A stretch of DNA of 63,988 bases, filler included, from Barthelona sp. PAP020 (lineage: Eukaryota): NCBI GenBank assembly GCA_040182905.1. It is 3 parts of 3 records of this genome, joined end to end, with 100 filler letters (N's around TTAATTAATTAA, not from the genome) between each part and the next. Parts side by side here need not be neighbours in the genome. Positions count along the whole stretch, not along the records: positions 48,264 to 63,988 come from JARQWU010000274.1; 2 more parts are not named here. One strand, given 5' to 3'. The position numbers and the translations under genes are program-made. Below the pieces are notes generated by a model. That model did not search any database. It was not told the DNA's origin and was given only the letters and a program-made list of their open reading frames with translations. Below are positions 60,701 to 63,988 of the stretch, piece after piece (position 1 is the stretch's first letter; each line of letters starts with the position of its first letter).

Positions 60701-63264
60701 AGAATTTCAATAATCAAATTGAAATCTGAAGTTTCTTTCATGATATTGAAAAACATAATCATTTCAGATTCTTCAATTTCTTTTACATCTTTAATACAAT
60801 CATAGTAATCAAAAGAATATTTGCTAAACATTAATTTATTTAAGAAATTATTGTCCAAATCTATTTTCATCAACATTTCCATTTCATTATTCAAATTCAA
60901 TTCTTTTTGTTGGTGTTGTTGTTGGTGTTGTTGTTGTTCATATTTATAAGGGATTCTGAAAATGTCAAAAGATTTTCCACCATGTAGAATATACATCAAA
61001 GCATTAAACCCTCTGGAATCCAATTGATTATAAAACCCTTTGATTAATTCAAAAATATGTTTTGACAACATTGAGATCTTTGTTTTAGCAAAATGACAGA
61101 ACATTAATAACAAATCATTGATATCAAATGAATATTTAACCTTGGATTGAACATTAATATTTTCATCTTTATCAGCATTTACAGTAGAAAATAATAACTT
61201 TGCTGAAAGTAAAAATAAAATCATAAACTTTGGATGTTCTCTTATGATATTTGAATTATAGTCATTAATCAAAGATAAAAGAATCAATAAGATTTGCAAA
61301 TTATCAGCATCATTGCAATCACCTTTATTAGAGATCTCATCATTAACAACTACATTATTGTTGACAATTCTTTCTATCATATCAAATAATATCGTTGTTA
61401 ATTGATGCAATAAAGTGTAATTATTAATTTCAACATTGATCTTAACAAGTAATTTACCAAATAACATTTGTAGATTAGAATCAAATAGAAAGAGATGTTC
61501 AAATATAAAATTATTCATCTCATTTTCAAAGAACCAAACCTTTTCTCCAACAAAGCATAAATTGAACAATAACTTCCATAACTTCATTCTTGCATTGTTA
61601 TTGATTTCTCCTACCTTTAGCAAAGTAATAATTTGTAATGTTTGACCTTCTAAATATTGTAAATTTATCGGATCAATTGATTTTGTTTCTAACATTGTAT
61701 CATTATCAATTTCTTCTTTCTCAAAATCATCTTCTAAATCACCAAATTCATTATCTCCAAATGAAATCAACCTTTTTTTATCATCTTCATCTTCATCTTC
61801 TTCATCTAATATAAATCCACTGTGAAGATGTTGATTTTGTTGTTGTTTTTTGTTTCGATGTCGATAAACTTGTTGTTCACTCAAATCTTCTTGAAAATCT
61901 TCATTATTATCAAAAAGAAACTCTTCTGTTTGTTCAATATTATTATTGATATTGTTAATACGAGTATTATTCAATTGAAAAATACAATTTTTTGAAAGTT
62001 TTAAAGTTTTTAAATATAGTTGAATCATAATACAAAATAAATCAATGAAAGGTTCGAAAGAATTCTTATTTATTATGGTATTTGAACAACATCTATCAAT
62101 CAACATTGTTATTAGTAATTGAGGTAAATCCAATGGTTGAACAAACCTAGTGATTTTGTACATTTTCACTAGAAAAGCACATAACCTTTCAATCATTGGA
62201 ACATTACCATCATCACAAAATCCTATCATCAAATTAAATAAGCTATCAAAACCACAACTCGATAATAACAATAGATTGACAATATGTTGTTCACATAACA
62301 AATCGAAAAATTCAAGCAAATCATACGTTAATTGATTTGAAGTATTTTCGGCCATATATTCAAAATAAAATCTAACCAATCGATAATAACGTTTAAATAA
62401 TAACGTTGAAGGATCAACACACAATAAAATTAAATCAACATGTAAATTTTCAATTACACTGAAACATTTCATCAAAATACTCAACCTTTCAAAATATTTA
62501 TCAATCAAATGACTAAGCTCAAACGATATCAACCTCAAAAACATACAAAATAATACATGATCTTGTTTACTTTCAATCAAATTCAAAAAATCATCAAAAA
62601 AATTCAAAGTTTCCAAAGTTTCAAGAAAGTTTTGCGTATTTTTGGAAAAAGTTGGAAGTTTTTCCAAAGATTTGAAACGTTTCAATACATGTTGACATCC
62701 AATCTTTTCATGAGATAATAAATTTGTTGATTCCAATTTAATGTTTTCAATAAACGAATTTCTAATCTTCTTAGATAAAAAATTGGGCTTTTGAAGAATA
62801 GACAAAAAATATTCAGACACAATGACAGGACACTCATCAAAATATTTTAAATAGAACTCAGTTATTTCAGGATATTCAATAATTATGTTCAAATCAAAAA
62901 AAGAAAGGATTTGAAAAATTGATATAGGTAAAATATCGAATATTTTATCAAAAAAAATAGGGTGACAAACTAAATATGTTTGAAAACTTTTATTTTCAAA
63001 TATTTTTGAAATAAATGAAATGTTCAATTCAGAAAATTCCGTTGAAATGTTATGTTGAAATAATTTAACACACACATTCAACAAAATTTCATAAATTTCT
63101 TCGTTTAATTTTTCTTTTGAAAAATTAATATTTGAAAATTCAGTTTGAAACGTTAGAATAAATTCATCTAACCTTTCGTCATCATTTTCAAAAAATTGAG
63201 AATACATAGTTGAAATCCTTTTGGGAATCTTTCTTAATCCTAAATTTGTTAATATAAATGACAT
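57787..63264 (-). CDS. large alpha-helical/ARM-like hypothetical protein
   Basis: About 1825-aa uninterrupted L/I/F/N-rich ORF. Confidence 0.7.
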   Translation of the reverse strand: MSFILTNLGLRKIPKRISTMYSQFFENDDERLDEFILTFQTEFSNINFSKEKLNEEIYEILLNVCVKLFQHNISTEFSELNISFISKIFENKSFQTYLVCHPIFFDKIFDILPISIFQILSFFDLNIIIEYPEITEFYLKYFDECPVIVSEYFLSILQKPNFLSKKIRNSFIENIKLESTNLLSHEKIGCQHVLKRFKSLEKLPTFSKNTQNFLETLETLNFFDDFLNLIESKQDHVLFCMFLRLISFELSHLIDKYFERLSILMKCFSVIENLHVDLILLCVDPSTLLFKRYYRLVRFYFEYMAENTSNQLTYDLLEFFDLLCEQHIVNLLLLSSCGFDSLFNLMIGFCDDGNVPMIERLCAFLVKMYKITRFVQPLDLPQLLITMLIDRCCSNTIINKNSFEPFIDLFCIMIQLYLKTLKLSKNCIFQLNNTRINNINNNIEQTEEFLFDNNEDFQEDLSEQQVYRHRNKKQQQNQHLHSGFILDEEDEDEDDKKRLISFGDNEFGDLEDDFEKEEIDNDTMLETKSIDPINLQYLEGQTLQIITLLKVGEINNNARMKLWKLLFNLCFVGEKVWFFENEMNNFIFEHLFLFDSNLQMLFGKLLVKINVEINNYTLLHQLTTILFDMIERIVNNNVVVNDEISNKGDCNDADNLQILLILLSLINDYNSNIIREHPKFMILFLLSAKLLFSTVNADKDENINVQSKVKYSFDINDLLLMFCHFAKTKISMLSKHIFELIKGFYNQLDSRGFNALMYILHGGKSFDIFRIPYKYEQQQHQQQHQQKELNLNNEMEMLMKIDLDNNFLNKLMFSKYSFDYYDCIKDVKEIEESEMIMFFNIMKETSDFNLIIEILKFVRYSHQLKKKIFNSQYFQQNIFETLKIFKISKNYQKYNLLQIFLGLIISEINDNSFMNKFLAFCTNIGDYSAFFTALSISLNFFQFIEYQTFNTNICHFLQIQESIKFKFRPFYQQIDLFTISHSNIDKKDVLTLNLLQDGKLELKFKDDSIKRFDLINSFVNVEIQIIDESLSILINGETIIDNLPFNITKDHLSLNSQSLNYCIVEKSHVKTLVNYNSDANQLKLLNEVISIDSFIKVFSLKDRTVFNEGLIDSKGNIYKLFDIVSSMSKSHLEECKYQNIHQLIVKCYERLNSDDLTDSINLNNTLPNVDSFIIMIFLFPATFYNFMTFLKKNNMIFLPEFLDAQFLLSVYIEDFNKVINLLLNILQCEIEGFLKNSLSFLNSFLLNIVSQLGNASNSSKVSQFLSILFSLCSISLNICFKNPKALEVDNIDVEADKEIDNNHHLMFVQCCLNVIYKSSNVLTKANIEPFETNLIRLFLLTREEKILLQIFHIFKFYSLNFKKFEFLHMIPGFFNNTNVLICLLNLCTSEKSVNFNQFGGSNTSTGNIVMTGEIDLGQMTKSIDNAMILHILLKLLKHSNNTNKFKILKTLFNYLENCACLYEDSYILNDLKVLFINAESIEVQNLVVNVASDILMNGLANSTSPFLFQTIHDMYTTPEFRKQVIIQVLVKRIARPTDVNDNSLLIQNSVHLLRNIELESLHFSIFNEHTIPLSLLLSFINSIAFAGTMKSRELFSQSPLFDLRLNCAILMLLDVNNCSTNTFVEAVNSLSLNKNPSLIKLILRIALIFKKNNDDKNHNQNHNQLLSDLAFNKLMSLVEESYGCSQELRTFFNLELEENDEAIKKLKLLIFPSQPTSPTLSPVLRVTFQQDHWATQLPDDICQRILEPLDQFVQNIEQEFLEAYKNFEDEFKQIFEDVVSSPDQNLLQNFNSFKNEIEFSVKKAEKEIVDKYFEAFEAFEIIDKI

Positions 63265-63408
63265 ATTCTCATAATTAATACAAAAGAAAAAATTTAGATT
63301 TGAAGGGAAGAAACAGAAGGAACCCTTTTTTTTCTTCACCAATTTATCAATGAACTTATTATTAATAGACCCCCAATATACAATATTAAAGAAAAAAGAG
63401 AGATGTGT

Positions 63409-63987
63409 TTATGGTTCTAACAAAGATAAAAAGAAATCTTCATTATTATTGTTTGATTTTGTATATCGATTGGATTGTGGTGAATTATCAACTGATGGTT
63501 GCGTAATATCAAAACTATCCATCGCATTCATATTGAAATTGTTTTCCCCTTGGTCAATTTCAATCCACCTGTCATCCAAAAAGGACCAAAAAGATATTTG
63601 TTTGATTCCACAACATACAGCTAAAACTAAACCAGAAGAGTTCCACACAACTTCATGAGGCACTTCCAAAAATTGATTCAACTCTTTAAACTTGTAAGCT
63701 ATCATTTGCGCACTTGCATCATCTTCACGAGCCGCCACAGTAGAAAATTGACCACAAGAGACATCAGAACTCCAAATAATAACTTTTTTGTCAGCAGATG
63801 CAGAAGCAAACACATTTACATTTGGTAAACCTAACGTTGGCATGAATGAAAGGGAAGTAATAGTGTCAAAATGTCCCTTTAAAGTCTCCTCTGGTTGAAT
63901 CCACATGTCAACAAATGGTGGAACAGTAGTCCAAGTCTTAATTAAACCATCCTTTCCACCTGAAACCAACCTATATCCATGTGGATG
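63409..63987 (-). CDS. Sec13/Seh1-like WD40 protein (5'-truncated by window)
   Basis: LVSGGKDGLIKTW, PTLGLP...ASASADKKVIIW, VVWNSSGLVLAV...WIEI. Confidence 0.7.
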   Translation of the reverse strand, partial: HPHGYRLVSGGKDGLIKTWTTVPPFVDMWIQPEETLKGHFDTITSLSFMPTLGLPNVNVFASASADKKVIIWSSDVSCGQFSTVAAREDDASAQMIAYKFKELNQFLEVPHEVVWNSSGLVLAVCCGIKQISFWSFLDDRWIEIDQGENNFNMNAMDSFDITQPSVDNSPQSNRYTKSNNNNEDFFLSLLEP

Positions 63988-63988
63988 A

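Overview
AT-rich, very gene-dense, intron-poor eukaryotic DNA using the standard genetic code. It comes from a flagellate (alpha-tubulin, AK7, CFAP251, IFT139); an anaerobic metamonad-like protist is my inference only. The window is three contigs joined by artificial 100-nt N/TTAATTAATTAA/N linkers (24092-24191, 48164-48263), so synteny across these points is meaningless. About 40 mostly single-exon genes are present. The main observations not shown by the ORF track are: (1) a head-to-head pair of bacterial-type DUF2589-like genes 53 bp apart, one carrying a required 36-nt spliceosomal intron, next to a bacterial-type ROK sugar kinase; (2) an intron-split Hub1/UBL5 gene; (3) a U13/snR45-like box C/D snoRNA with antisense to the 18S rRNA 3' end; (4) an LTR-retrotransposon remnant with a 122-bp LTR and a tRNA-iMet-type primer-binding site; (5) a degenerate Rad51 copy, a pseudokinase-WD40 fusion and several GC-rich intergenic hairpin elements. 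All family calls are from motif recognition by eye; no searches were run.
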